From Diadema antillarum (lineage: Eukaryota), in the NCBI RefSeq assembly GCF_040938485.1, contig NW_027271682.1, positions 3,658,001 through 3,722,000 of the forward strand: 64,000 nt of DNA, in the 5' to 3' direction. The notes beneath the pieces were generated by a model. That model ran no database searches. It saw nothing but the letters and a program-made list of their open reading frames with translations, and was not told the origin of the DNA. Position numbers and translations under genes: made by a program. Shown here piece by piece: positions 37,289 through 51,269 of the stretch; position 1 is the stretch's first letter; every line of letters starts with the position of its first letter.

Positions 37289-40200
37289 CTTAATAATTAT
37301 TAAGCTTTTCCCTGTGTTTGGTGGTGCTATTTGGCATTTGCAAATCAGTACTGGGTATTTCGAGTAAGAATGAGTACTATTTATCATAAGAGCTTATGTT
37401 TATCATTCCTGAACTCAGTATCTAACATTTTGTAAATGTGATTGCATGTATAACTTTATGCTCTCTTTTATCCTTTGGACTTTGAGAAGCTGCCTTAACA
37501 ACACGTAGAACTCAAAGAAAATGCAAGGTAGTTGTATGACCAATGCCACTTACACTTCATCTCTTCTTTTTCATATTTTTTTGAAGATGAAGTTGCACAA
37601 ACATTAGATGGGTGAGCAAAGTTCAAGGACCAGCAACTTCCGTATCACAACTCCATGAATCAATGAGAGGTTTATCAGAAAGCATCTCAACAAGTGTGCT
37701 CGCTAGACACCCACGAGGTGCTACTATACAGAGCACTGCGTACTACCACTACCAGGTGCCAAGTTGTGTTTTGCCCTATTTATTTACTTACAGTGAAAGA
37801 GCAGACGCGTTAATATGAAATCACCTGCTATTGCCAATGTTGCAGAATGTTATCATGATTATCGCTGCGTCAATGGACTTTGAATGTCATTCATGGAAGC
37901 TGTAAACATGCTTGAAGACCAATCTTCCATGTTTGCCAATGATCACAGATATACTAAGTATTGTATGCTACTAGTCGGGGAGTTTGGATGGTGTTGGACA
38001 TGAGTGTGTACAAAATGCATTCTTGTATTTACTTGTGATCTTAGGAGTGCTTTTCAAGAGGTGCTTATAACTCCTCTGCTCTGTCCGTATTGTCAATTCC
38101 TATTCATTCAAGTTGCAAAATAGTGAGAATTCATGATGCCCATAGTTGCACACACATGCTCGCATATACACGAACACACACACATGCATGCAAATAACAA
38201 CAATTAAACAAATTGTGCTGGTTATATGCTATGTCAATTCAAGACAATTCCACTCTGCGAAAGAAGGAACAGTTCAGAAAATGTTTTAGAGATTTTAGTG
38301 TGATTCCTTTCCTGGTGATTTCTGAAGGTTTTCTATGGCTTATCTTTCATAGCTTTGAAATCTGGGACAGAGATGTAAGTTGTTTGGGAAGATGAAGCAT
38401 CACTAATGACTGTAGACATTGTCATTCGATTGGTATTGCTTCACATCGGTTTGGGAGACTCAGCTTCATTTGGTGAAGTAGAGTTTGTATTTTGGTTGCC
38501 CCGAAGTATCACCCCCAAGTTGAAATGGAGGGCCATTTACACTGCTGTTTTCAATATTGCGACAGTTTGGTGAAAGTTGCCAGTGTAACCAAGCCTGGAA
38601 ACCACTCAGAACAGCACCATATAAATCTTTTGCTGGAGGGCAATTTATCATACTTGACATCAAGTTTGCTGTCACAATTTGCAACATGAATCCTAACCAC
38701 TGAACACTCATGATTTTTTTTTCATGTTAATGTTTAGACTACTCCCGTGGCCACATTCTAAATATAGCTTGAACCGACCGTGCTATTGTTGGATCAGTTG
38801 CATGCTGCAGACTACGAAACCAAATGTGAATGCACTATGTTAAGATTCATGATTTTTCTCCGGTGACTTGATGCTGCAATTGTTTGTTGAGGTGTAAATG
38901 ATTTTTTTTTTCTTTTAATGTTATGATGTTTCACAATGGATTTACCCTTATACTAGAATGTGATCATATATCACACAGACCTGCTGTAGCAGCAGTAGCA
39001 GGAACCAACAAGTTTTGAAAGAGTTCAGCGGATAAGGCCTGCAAAACAGCACTAACAACATTCATCTGGCAAAAAGAGAAATTGTATTCTTCTCTCTGAT
39101 GTGAAATTCTCTGTATGCACAGTATAAACAGAGAAGAAATGATAGTAAGAACAAGGAATAAAACAAGGGACTCTTTTAGAGATATGTTTTTTTGAAGTAC
39201 AGTTGTAGTGGCAGTCACACACCCACCACTGACATACTGTCCAAATATGCTCTCAAGCATAGAACGATTGCATTGTTCAACTCACGAATGTCCTTCTGCT
39301 GCTTGCAATAACAGAAACTAGCAGGGGAAGAAGAAAAGAAGAGATAATATTTAAGAATTTGCTCATCGAGCTCCTATTGAGGTAAAAGTATCATCAAAGC
39401 TCTACCAAAGACATGCAAGTGCAGACATCCAGGTTTGACTTTTCATTTAAAGGGGCTACTTACTAATGGGAGAATTTGTTTATGCTTAGGTTTCTGCAAC
39501 ATATTTTTTAAGTGAGTGTTCTCTATCAACTGGAAACTGAAATTGACATCCATACACTGGCCACAGTCTATATCACTCAAGTATGCAGTTCCTGATATTG
39601 ACCTGATTTAAGGTCAAGCTATAATACAAAGTGAGCTCTATGCCTCTATGATTGTGCAAAACTAGACTGCAAAGCGCCCCTGGACCATAGTGGCCAAACA
39701 CTGCAATTTGGAGCAACTTGGAGCGACATACATCACGAAGACATTTCTCAATTATGAGAAGCATTTCTTAATCTGTTTGCAAATGCATTATTTGCATTTT
39801 GAAATGACCCTTAGGCAAGGCAAGGAAAAGTCAACGAGTGTATAATGAACAGGTGATTTTTGACCCAAACACCAATGGAGTCTGCAATTCAAGGGACAAT
39901 AATGCCATTGCCGAGTTCACACAGGGCTGCCTTTCACAGAAATAGATAAGTCTGGTATTCAAATATTTGTTTTCTAAAAGTCATAATTTCCTGTAATAAG
40001 AGTCGATGCTGTTCTTGTAGTTGTTTATGACATTGAAATGCACACTTAATCATTACCAAGAATCAGGACCTGTGTTGACAAATACATGTCTCATTGTGTA
40101 GCAAATCAGTTATTCAGTCTGGCTTTGATTACCTCAATACAGTTTTAATATTGGGCCTATGCTTGTAGATTGATATGGATCCTAGTCAGTTACATGTACA

Positions 40201-40363
40201 CTAGACGAAAACATCATGTTTTAACAAATGTACAAATGTACAACAAATGTAATCCATCTTTAGGTCTCCATGATGTTTATTGGTACAGTGTAGTCATTGC
40301 ACATGGATCAGAACAGTTGACTTGCACTATTTTCTTGTTAACACTTTCCAGTTATCCATGAGG

Positions 40364-40578
40364 TACTGTAAAACAACAAAAATTTGTTAGCATGCATTTT
40401 AGTTTCACAAATTTTGCAAGAGCCAAGAATTATGAAATTGAAGTGCATGTGAAAGTTCTCATACACTATGTATGCAGTGAATACCAGTGGCAATTTGTGA
40501 AAACTTCAAGCCATGAAAAAGACCATCGGCTCCAATTCGGAAAAATTTCATGCTGCAAAAATATCTTGCTTTACAGTA
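40364..40578 (+). mobile_element. TA-target MITE, copy 3, heavily CpG-decayed
   Basis: Colinear with 33584-33794, but CG is mostly replaced by TG or CA. Confidence 0.8.
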
Positions 40579-43369
40579 GTTTATCTGTGTTTTGAGATAG
40601 GCCTGCTACTTTTGGAAGAAGATCTGTAGAAACCAAAAATTAAAATCAACCAATGGAAACTGACTTTAACGTTGAGGTATAGTGGGATAAGATGTTGAAT
40701 GATGAAGATTGCTTTAGAGATAACATTCATTGATATTTTCAAACATCAGCCTTAGGACAAGATTAAGATAGATGCCAAGATGCCAAGATATGTAGTATTC
40801 ATTCTTGTAGTCACCAGGGGGAAACAAAGTACTTGACCCCACCCCCCCCCAAAAAAAAAATGTTTCTCATCCTTCGTCAAGCCATGTATCACATACCATG
40901 TTAGAATCCATTCACTTTTTATGGAAGATAACCCCTAAGCATGGATCATTTCCCTAAAGCCCACAGGAAGTGTTCTATCTCATCATCTTGAGTAAGAGAT
41001 ATGATAAAGAGATATAAATTCTTCTTCAGTGCGTGCCAGTGGGAACAACGAACTCGTTTGCCGACAACTTTGAGACTGGTCGGGACATCACAACAGACTT
41101 TATGTCTCCACATGTCCTGAGTCAAATGTCAAGTACATTTCCTGTGTCTGTTTCTAGGATTTTATTTCCAAATGATAAAAGGATGAGCAAAAGACAAAAA
41201 CAAAAACAAACAAAAAAAATGAACAAAATACAAAAAACAAAGTAGTGAGTAAGTAGGTTTAAAATCATCATGGACTTTGGCCCTCAAAGTTGGCAACCTC
41301 AAGTCCATTTCAAATTTCATTTCTGGATGCAATCTATTTAGTGCAGCAAAGCCTGGAAAAGATGAATCAACAATTTGAGTGATATCTTATATTTTGTTCA
41401 TTTTCTCTCACTTCTTTTGCACCCCCCCCCCCCCTCTTTATCATCACAATTTCCCTGGATTTGGCTTCATTTGAGAAAATTAATGTGGGTATAGAGAGTG
41501 CCAAGTGTTTAGTAATGGACACACAAGAGGTATATTCCCGAAAGATGTGAGGCACAAGTGTGAGGTCCATGAACAAGAGAAATCTTGTAATGCCTTCAAC
41601 AACAACAAAAATGAAACTACAGCACAACAATTTTGACAGAATGACCAGACCTTGTGAAAGCAGTATCTATATATAAGTACACGTGTATGCAAAAGATGAT
41701 TGATATTTCTGTTGAGTTTCATTTTTCAAACAATGAATTAGAATTTCACTATTGAAATAAAAGCAAGAACAATTTTAACAAATGATGAAAGACCAATGCA
41801 CCTTTTTTTTTTGGTCAAATTTGGGATTGTTTTCATTAAATGCTTGACAGATGCATATGTGGGCCTTTAAAGAAAAATTTCATTTCTTGTTCAAGTTGTC
41901 ATTTAGGACCAGAGGACTAGAAGTATAATGAAAAAGTTGACAGAAAGTAAAACAGCTGTGGGTGTAGAAATTTTCATATCTTTTACAAGCTACACTGCAA
42001 GCAGCTTTTTGCTTAGCTTCATTTTTGGAAATGAATTTAGTAGAAAAAAAAATATTTCACTCACAACAAAACCTTCTGAAGTTGCAATGAAGATGCAAAG
42101 ATGATTCTAAAGGGAGAGTTTGAGTTGCCAAATTATTGGTCAAAAGTATGATGTTTAGATATAATGTACAGATCAATGGCAGACTTGAAATGACATCATC
42201 ACTTCATTAATTTGCATATGTGCTTGTGACCAATTTATATTCATTTTTTTATTCAAAAAAATCATTAAAACCTTTAAATGCTTTCACTCTCTCATTTAAT
42301 TTCTTATTTGATTCTATTTATTTGACTTTATCTGTCAAAGGCACAATGAACATGGTGCTCCCCTTTAAGACTCCTTCATAGTTTTGCATTGTTTGTTTCT
42401 TATTCGACTTTAAGCTGCTACTTTAACCTCCACAGGACGCCATGTGTATGTCTGTAGACATTTTTGGTTCTTCTCTTTGTCCTGTGGTTACTAATGACGG
42501 TCTCTACTGCAGCATCAATACTTCTTGCAGTCTTGATCCTCATTGGCTCCTCCCAGCATTCTCTCCTGCACAGTTTGTCCAGTAAAAAGAATTTCTGGGG
42601 GGAAATCTTGCTAGATTGGCCCCTCGGTGAGATCACAGCAACGCTTGTCAGAATCCTCCTCACAGGGACAATAATTACCAATTACGGGCGAAATAATAGT
42701 CTCTTCCTTCCGGACGGAAATCGGCTCACCGCTTTCATGTGAGGTGCCAAGTGTGGAGATTACGGCATGGATGATGTCTAGAGACACCCCTCTACGTCAT
42801 GAAGATTCTCTTAAAAATTGCGCTGTAAACTTGCATTTGAACTATGTGTCACTATCAAAGCACATTCATTTTTTTGTGTGTTAAGAACAAAACAAAAACA
42901 AAAACAAACAATACTATGACAGTTCACATAAAAGTCTCTTTTTACGTCCCTCTATCTCTAAAAAACAAAATAATTAAAAAAAAGCAATACCAACATGGTA
43001 ATACAAACATATTTACGACTTGACAAGAGTAAATATTCCATGTGAATTAAAATGAAATGATTGAATTGATATGCAACACTTCAGTCTATGGTAAGTTATA
43101 AGGAGCACATAAATCATGGTGATATTAATCTTTAGTGTTTGTGGTACTTCATTTTATGGGGGAACTGTAGGCTTTGCTGGGTCATGCATGTCCTAGAGTC
43201 GTGTCACTTTTTAGTATCTTATCTCCAAAGAAGAATGGGATATGTTCCCCCAAAAAGCACTGACACAAAGAAATTTCCAGGGGTTTTGGCCTGAGATTCT
43301 TCTCCTGTAAAGGGGAGAGGGGATGCCTGTAGCCCCTTGACCCTACCATGAGCAATTGCTAAAAAGTCA

Positions 43370-43547
43370 TACTGTAAAATGAGGAATGTCCGATTTTGCG
43401 AGAGCCGAGATTTGCGAAATCAAAATGCATGTGAAAGTTCTTGTCTACACTGTATGCATTGAATGTTAGAGGCAACTCGCAAAAAAAAAGGCTGTTGGCT
43501 CCAATTTGCCAAAATTTCATGCCGCGAAAATATCATGTTTTAATGTA
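43370..43547 (+). mobile_element. TA-target MITE, copy 4, with internal deletions
   Basis: tactgtaaaatgaggaatg...gccgcgaaaatatcatgttttaatgta. Confidence 0.75.
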
Positions 43548-46500
43548 CATGTTGTGCCATGTTCACTTCATGCATTGATTTTTGAGCCTGAGTTACATGG
43601 GAAGTCTCTTTCCTGAAATCCTCTCAATAACCTAACTCTTCCCGAGAATGGATCTTTATGAATAAATCAAGATCTTACTAACACAATTCTGGACAACTAA
43701 TGATAGATGATTCCTTGTATGGTCAAAAAAAAAGAAAAGAAAAACAATCATCTGGACTCTATTTGATACACCCCAGCCTCTCGCAGCCTTTCTAGAACTT
43801 GTCCAGGTGAGATGCCCGTTAGATTAGAAATCAAATTTTTTAGTCCAAGATGGAACCAATGGATCTCATGGTGAGAGTTAATGAAGTCACCGGACTAACC
43901 CCAGCAAGCGCTGCATGAGCTTTGAATTCTGCCTGAATATTCAGGAAGCCACCCCCAAAATAATGCAGTATGATGCTCTTCTCTCGTACCCATATCAAAT
44001 CATCCAGACTTGAAGTTTGGGATGCCGTTGAAAAACAAAAAGAAAAAAATGACTTACAAAATTAAGAAAAATAGTTCTTCTGTGAAAGAATGATGTTATG
44101 AAGGAAATGTTGAAAATATGTGCATAAATTAAGTTTGTTTTTTTATAGCAAAATTCATCAAAACCAAACAGCTGCTGACAAACACGTTTTCCACTTTCCT
44201 CATTTTCTTGTACTAAAATATCCAAAGTGTACTGTCCTACCAGGGAGGTGGGAAGCGATTTCTTCCCACCTCCCTGGTCCAACAGATCAACTTCTGAGCA
44301 CATACTTTTCTCGTTAGGCAGATTATTGAAATGCATTTCAAATGTATTAAATATCACAATTAGCGACTGTGTCTTGAGATTGTGTGAGCTTATATCAAGC
44401 CTTTACAAGTTCTGAGTCTTTTTTTTTTTCATGTGCAAAAAAAGAATTTGAGATCAGATTAAGATAAAATGGTGCATGGATTTGGTAAGCCTTTCACAGG
44501 GGGATCCCATCAAGACGTACCAAACTGGTAGAAACTTTATAAGTAGAAATGATAGATTTCTATCTTTAAGTCATTCTGGTTGAAAAGTCGTTGCTTGTAA
44601 GAAGTGTATGCACGCAAGCTGTAGGCCTATATGAGACAGAATTAAAATACTATGCTATCAAGGAAAGGAGTTTCACCATTTCATTGCCAAAAAGTTATTT
44701 TATATGGTGGTCTGTAGGCATGTCAATTTGTCAGGATTCAACTTTTCATGGGCAAACAGTTTGACAGTCGTTACTGAAATATGATGCATACATTTCATGT
44801 ATTATTGATGCCATCCTAATCTTGTTGGTTGCCAAAATGATTGTCACTTTTGTTGCCAAGATGATTGTTACTTTTGTGATAAGCTATTCTGCACACTTTT
44901 TGGGGGGGTATTAGAATTTTTTAGTGTTTCACCACTATTTAGCATCAAGGCAGATTATTTGGGCATTAGCTACTCCCTTTTGTCTAACAAGTTGCAGTTG
45001 TGAAGGCTATACATGCAGTGAAAGGAGCATTCCAAGTAGGATGTATATTACCCTTGACATTATCACCTGGTCCAACTTACTGTTTTTATGGACTCCCATG
45101 GTTGATAATTGCATCTTGACCGGAGTCAGAGTCTGCGATTAATTTTCTTATGCCGATTTTTCCGTTCTTTGCTGATTAACTCTCACTGTGCACTCACCGA
45201 AGATAGTTCCTGTTGAAAGTCATAACTGCGTTTCTCCAATAAGATCAATGCACTTTTGGGTGTTCTTTGATGATCAGCAAGGGTAGGCCAGATATGAGCA
45301 TCGCTGTGAGTTGTTTGATGCCTCTTTTTCTTTGAAGTCTCTCTTTCTTTGAAGTAAAGTCACATGATATGCAGAAGGTAATAGAAAGTTTTATTTAAGG
45401 TAAGCATACTGTGTGTTTCGGGATGGATGGAAGTTGTATGCATACCAATAGGAGCCTTTGTATCAGTAGCGAAAAGCCATGGGGTTTTTCACATGTCTTA
45501 AACAAAAGCGGAAAAAAGGAAAAGAAAAAGAAAATATTGCCAAGGCCAATTGCCATGTAGGATGTGACATAGCTTTGGTATGAAACATTTGAATTTGGCA
45601 GTCAGCAGGGAGACACATTTTAATGTCTTACCACTCATTAACTCATAGCACATTTAAAAAACACATTTCAGACAGGATTAATGTCGAGTTTAATTCTAAG
45701 TGTGTGAAACCCCTTAGTTTTTTTTTCCCCCCTCCCAGTTCTTAGAAGTGTTCATGTGTGTATGTGTGTGTGTGCGGGTATGATATGTATGCGAGTCTGA
45801 TATTGTGTATATTTGTGTGTATCTGTATGTGTGTATGTATGTAATTCCATTTAGTAGGGTAAGTTGGATATTTATTGACCCAGGGCATAGAACATAATTC
45901 ATGCATGCTGATGCTACATGTTGGCATTCGCTGGCTCTTTTTTTTTTTTTTTTTTTGACATTACTTCAGACAGAATATGTTTTGACAGCAGCCATCTGAC
46001 AAGCTCCAGCTTTTACAAAGGAAGTTTATTGTCAGTTTTTTTTTTTTTTTGGAGTATGCAATAGCAACTGCAACAACAACAACAAAAACAACAAATGTTG
46101 ATCATGTGGTCATGCCAGAACATAAAATTGTTATTGGCAATTTCATATCCTAATCAGCCATCTGTCAGACAGTGATTTTTGTTTTATTTTGAGAAATAGA
46201 TGTCAAAAGTATTTTTCTTTTCTAAATGGAATACATGTTGACTTGTTTGTATTTCATGTTCTACTTACGGTGGAGCTCTTTTATAATCTATGTTTGTGGT
46301 ATTGTTTCTTCATATCATTATCTAACTGGGCTATTTTTCAGTGCCATTTTCCCCAAGTACCATCCTCATCACCATTATCATTGTTATCATCATTATTATT
46401 AATGTTATTACTGATTTTTAACAAAATAGATTTTTTTTGGCATAATGTGAAAAAGTCTTTGACCCACGTAAGCTGTGCTTTTAATAATGCGGTAACAGTG

Positions 46501-46561
46501 TCTTTAGTAGTCTCTTTATTTTTTGTTAAAACAAAATAAAAAAAAAATAAAAAGAAAAAAA

Positions 46562-46633
46562 ATGGAGGGCGTGCACCCCCCTTTAATTTTGTAAAGTCGC
46601 CTCCCCTTTACGGAATTTTTGGATCTGCCCCAG
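46562..46633. mobile_element. Probable terminal fragment of a hAT-like MITE
   Basis: Reverse complement begins CTGGGGCAGATCCAAAAATTCCGTAAAGGGG, a common invertebrate (C/A)GGGGCGGATCC-type end; no partner end found. Confidence 0.3.
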
Positions 46634-47369
46634 CAGTGTTGTATGATGACGCAAGAATCATGTTATGGTATTGTTTAGAAAGTTTGTTTCACAACTGATT
46701 TGACCATGTGACAACAGAAAGTTGTTTTTTGTTTTGTTTGTGTGTTTGTTTTTTAGATCAAAGGACATGTCATTCGATTGCAGTCAAAGTTCAGCATTTT
46801 ACTTTTCAAATAATATACTTGGCAGTCATTCCACAAATTACATTCCACCTTGCTGCAAGGATAAAGCCAGGCTGTAATAATTACTTACATGTATTACACT
46901 AGGTATGTAAAAGTCAAAAGCCTAGGATAAACTCTAAATTTGCTGCATGTCTGCCATAAATCAAGAAATTTTCAACAAAATTCTGATGGCCTTTATACAA
47001 TTTGGACCTGTGATAGAAAATTTCTTTGGCATGATTTAGTGCAAAAATCTGATCTAGTTCAGAGTCAAAAGGTATGAAGTTGATAAATTTCATAAACCAT
47101 AATTTCATTAAGTTTCGGAAGTATTATTCATAATTGATAACATTTTGTACATTGAAGTACAATCAAATTGCCAGTACGTGAATTACGAATGGGATGCAGA
47201 AATATGTCGACTGAACTAATGATGTGGATGAGTCATAGCGATACAGCTGACTATCTTTGCCAGTGAGGAAACATGAAGCTCAGTACTGATGTCTTTCATG
47301 TAATTAAACACACCTGAACTCTAGAAGATATGATTTGTGTGGAAATGTCCAAATTGCTTTCTAAAGTTT

Positions 47370-47462
47370 TTAGCCCATTGAAGACTAGTCCCGAGTATAC
47401 TCGGGCAGGTGTCTATGTAAAATGCATGCTATAGCAAAACCAGCCCATCCTCAACCGGCTAA
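47370..47462 (-). mobile_element. 85-bp piggyBac-like MITE, copy 8 (diverged)
   Basis: cccattgaagactagtcccgagtatactcgggcaggtgtctat...ccatcctcaaccgg; flanks TTAG/CTAA. Confidence 0.75.
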
Positions 47463-47651
47463 CTTTATGCTTTGGTGTGACACCTACATGATCATCTCTC
47501 ACCAATGGTATCTACTTAGAAGAGATTTGATGGGAATAGAGTTATGTATGAAAGAAAATCGAAGCCTACTACAGTTAACTTATTTACCTCCTGGAAATGA
47601 ATGAGCCTCAAAAGAAATCCTTGCCCATTCAGCCATGCAGGAATCAGGGGG

Positions 47652-48041
47652 TTAAAGGGATGGTACAGTATTGGTGGAGATGAGAACTGGGCTTTTACCT
47701 TTTTTGTGAGATACCAAGAAAATACTTATGAAATAGTACGAGGCATACCATTTTAAGAGGAATTCAAAGTTGATTTGATGAAAATCGGGTTTGGAATGAC
47801 GAAACCTCCAAAAACAAAGTAAAACAAAGCGATCGTAATAAAAGGTGGGTCCCACACTTTATTAGAATCGCTCTGTTTCAGATATCTCAGCCATTTCAAA
47901 ACCAATTTTCATCAAATAAACGTTGAATTCTCATGCAATTACATGCTCTTTCATATTTCATAAGATGATTCTCATTATTTGACCAAAAAAATGTTAGAAA
48001 CCTGAAATTAGGTCTCAACCAAAACTATATGATCCCTTTAA
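47652..48041 (+). mobile_element. About 382-bp Kolobok-like MITE, related subfamily
   Basis: TTAA|AGGGAT...ATCCCT|TTAA; shares gatatctcagccatttcaaaaccaattttcatcaaataaacgttgaa with the other copies. Confidence 0.78.
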
Positions 48042-49025
48042 GCTTGGGAGGTCCATGCACTGAGCAACAGTGGGGGTGACTCCCTGTGGCCATCACTAAG
48101 CCAAAACAATCAATGCTATAAACATCTCAACATTCTTAGATGCCTAGGACATAATCTTCATGGTTGTAATTTCTCCCTCTGTGATTATTTATTTACAGAA
48201 ATGTTTTAGAGAGGAGTAGAACAAGACGTTGTTCTTGTCATCTGATGTGGCGAGACTTATGTGAGGCCAACTTTCCGAAGTTGGCATGCATGCTCAACTT
48301 TTTTCCCTCTCATTTCCTGGTATTTTATTTTACGTTGGTGTGGCTGAAGTGATAATTCAGTCATCCTGTGAATATGAATTCATGAATACCGTACATTTGT
48401 GACTTGTCATCCCAGTTTAACACAGGTTTACAAAGTTAAAGACATAATAAAGGGGGAGCAAAATATAGTGATTTGAAGGAAAAAAGAACAATTTCCAAAG
48501 TCATTCAAAACTTTGAAGGTTCGATATCTTGTTTTAATATGAAAGAATATTGAATGTGCTGAAATACCATGATCTTTAGTTGAATCAGAAGTGTTCAACC
48601 TGTAATTCTACAGTGTTCTAAACAACCTTGCCTTGCATCCAACATACATGTACATTGCACTCCTGCATCTACACTTTAAGAATGACTTTTTGGTTGTTGT
48701 TGGTATGTGTGTTTTTTTCCAACTCAAAGCTGTACTTGTTGCCAGCCGCCTGGCAAAAACAGCAGAATTCCATGCAGTTGTTGCAGTAGAATTAAAGTAT
48801 ATGTAAAAGTGTTGACAGCATTTGTTGACATCTATAGTATGTAACATATTCTTGCTGTGGCCTGCAACAATGCACTAGCCCCTAGTTGTCACAGAGGTAG
48901 ATTGTCTTTGTATTTTTTATGTATCTCTTTGATTTGTTTTATCTTTTTTTTTTTCATTTTGGCTTTTCGCCCAATGCAACTTTGCCATCTCAGATACATA
49001 ATCATACTACTCCATGCATTGAATA

Positions 49026-50243
49026 ACTAGAGAGGGGCCGTCAAAGGCGGCAGACCCACGCCTTGTACAAAGTCGGGGTAAACATAATGTGCATTCGGTC
49101 ATCTACCAGAATTCGGTCACTTAATTGCCAGTGTGCTTCCAGCCAGTGAGTTCTACCAAAGATCGTACACTGAAGTGTACGATCTTTGGGTCTACAGTCA
49201 CATCACACGCAAATCACATCATTTCACATGTTTCACATACGGTAACACTCATTCACAACAGGAAAGTCCTTTAGTCTCCTCCAAAAGTCCATCGAAAATC
49301 CCAAATACCATCGTCAAAAGTGCAGAATCAGAACTTTTCCAAGCGCGCGCGAATTAAGTCCAGTTTTAAGAGTATTGTCTACGCGACGGGTCGCCGAAAA
49401 AGCGCTAAAAATTGAGAAATACGCCGTTTTCTTGCGGGATATTTTGCTCATGGCAAGCCGAGAGTGTGATGATATCAAAGGTCGTATGAGTGTACGATCT
49501 TTGATGGTATCCACAAAAGCGCAAAAGAAAAACAAAATTTACGTACTCCCTAGGCAATTACCCCTATGATTAGTGTCTACGGAAATTATTCAATGCAAGG
49601 GTTGAATGCAAATGTCTACTGCACCAGTATTCGGTCACCAACGAGCGCCGCAACGTCCCCGATGCAATTTTGCACCAACAGTGTAGAGCGCGATGCATTT
49701 TCAGCGGCCTTGCACACGCATTGACATTGAGCGCGCATATAGTGCGTGCAGTGTGACTGACCGAGCAAATGCTCCTCCAACGAAAAAAACAATCAATGTT
49801 AATTTGAAAAATCATCAAAATACGGGCCAGTTTGTGACGACGGAGAACGAACTTTCATAAATCTAGAAGGACATAGTCCCTCAAATAGGCCTAAACGTAA
49901 ATTTCGGAATTCTTACGAACATTTGAGCAGCGAAGTCCGATCGTTTGGGAGTTTACGTGTTCGTATGGTAGCGGAAAATCGCAAAGTGAGAAACGGGAAA
50001 TTTTCGGAGTGGTCACTATACCATGGGGTCAAAATTTCAAGGTCACACAGAATTTGCAAGGGTCAACCGATTATCACCAAAATCTAATCGATTCTTTCCT
50101 GCCATTATCCAAACATCCCCTGAACATTTCGTGCAAATCCGTTTACCCGTTCTCTTGTTATCTTGTACACAAACAAACAAACAAACAAACAAACATACGG
50201 AACCCTTTATATAACCCCCTGCCGATTTTCATCGGCGTGGGTA
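49026..50243 (-). mobile_element. About 1.2-kb Helentron-associated non-autonomous element (HINE/DINE-1-like), CpG-rich
   Basis: Minus strand: T run, subTIR ACCCACGCC, hairpin GCCGAT-gaaa-ATCGGC, (GTTT)n microsatellite, conserved-type core (ggatttgcacgaaatgttcagg...gattagattttggtgat), inverted subTIR at + 49054-49062, 3' hairpin GCCG-cctttga-CGGC, ends CTAGTT. Confidence 0.78.
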
Positions 50244-51269
50244 AAAAAGAATCTGAAATGAAATTCGTGTTGATGAGAGATAGAGATGCAGTTTGCTGCA
50301 CAAAAACACCCTTGTGTTTGGATAGCAGTTTTTGCTTGCATATCGTTTAGTGGCAGCTGACAGACAACTGTTCCAACAGCATTGTATGGGGGAGATCATA
50401 AAGGCGTTGACTCTCCAAATTACAGTGTTTATTGTTGGAAAGCCCCCGACAGGTGACTGACTGCTCCGCCAGCCCAAACAGCCCGGGTAACAATTCCTCA
50501 ATCCACGAAAGCTGGTTAAGGAGAAATTGCGCTGTGTGCCTGAGCTAATTTTCGTAAAAGCGTGTAAAGCCAAGTGATTGTCAGCAATGAAAGTTTGAGG
50601 ATTATTCTGCTTGTCAAAAATTTTACTAAAATATGATATCTTCTCTTTGAATTCATTTCTTCAAAGCAAAGATATTGATGATTTGTAAATGAATAACTTA
50701 TGAGATGATAAATAAGGTGATTAAATCATCACCCTTTATATATTGCACTTGTGATTTTGGATTATCACTGCAATTTTTTCATTTACACACCTCAAACTTG
50801 AAAGTTCCAAACTTGCATTATTTTTCTTGGAGTCTGATGAAGCTTTCAATGTTTTGCTCTCTTGATTTTATCACTTTTATCAAGAAATTTAATGGCAATG
50901 TGAAGATTGGCATGTCCCTTTAATACTTTGTAGGCCCACAGCATAAAATTATTGCATGAATTTCTGGTGTGAAAATGCGAGGGGAAGGTGTTGGCGCCCT
51001 GCAGTTCCACTTTGTTTTCATTCGTCGATTCGATCCAGCATGCTCGGTTGGGTGCTAAGTGCCTCTCTCCGGGCCCAGGGAAGGATAAACAGTCGACGTT
51101 GTAGTCCACTGGAGACATTAAGCCCTGGAACGTAATATGTCTTCGTGGATGCCATGTTTTATCAAGCAATGTTGATATACCCTTCTTAGGGCATATCGCT
51201 CCTGACTGTTCTAGAGAAACATCTGTATTCTAAAGTCATTAGTTTGCTCTCTTCTTAATCTGAATGATA

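Noticed and set aside
41867-42368. Further TTAA-bounded Kolobok-like MITE
   Set aside because: Both ends have TTAA but the putative TIRs do not match each other well enough to call.
42418-42742. Overlapping hydrophobic + ORF and charged - ORF
   Set aside because: No domain, no convincing splice-site pair, and both strands open; cannot be distinguished from chance.
50229-51169. Two minus-strand ORFs over 100 aa
   Set aside because: No recognisable homology or splice architecture; one runs into a Helentron end.
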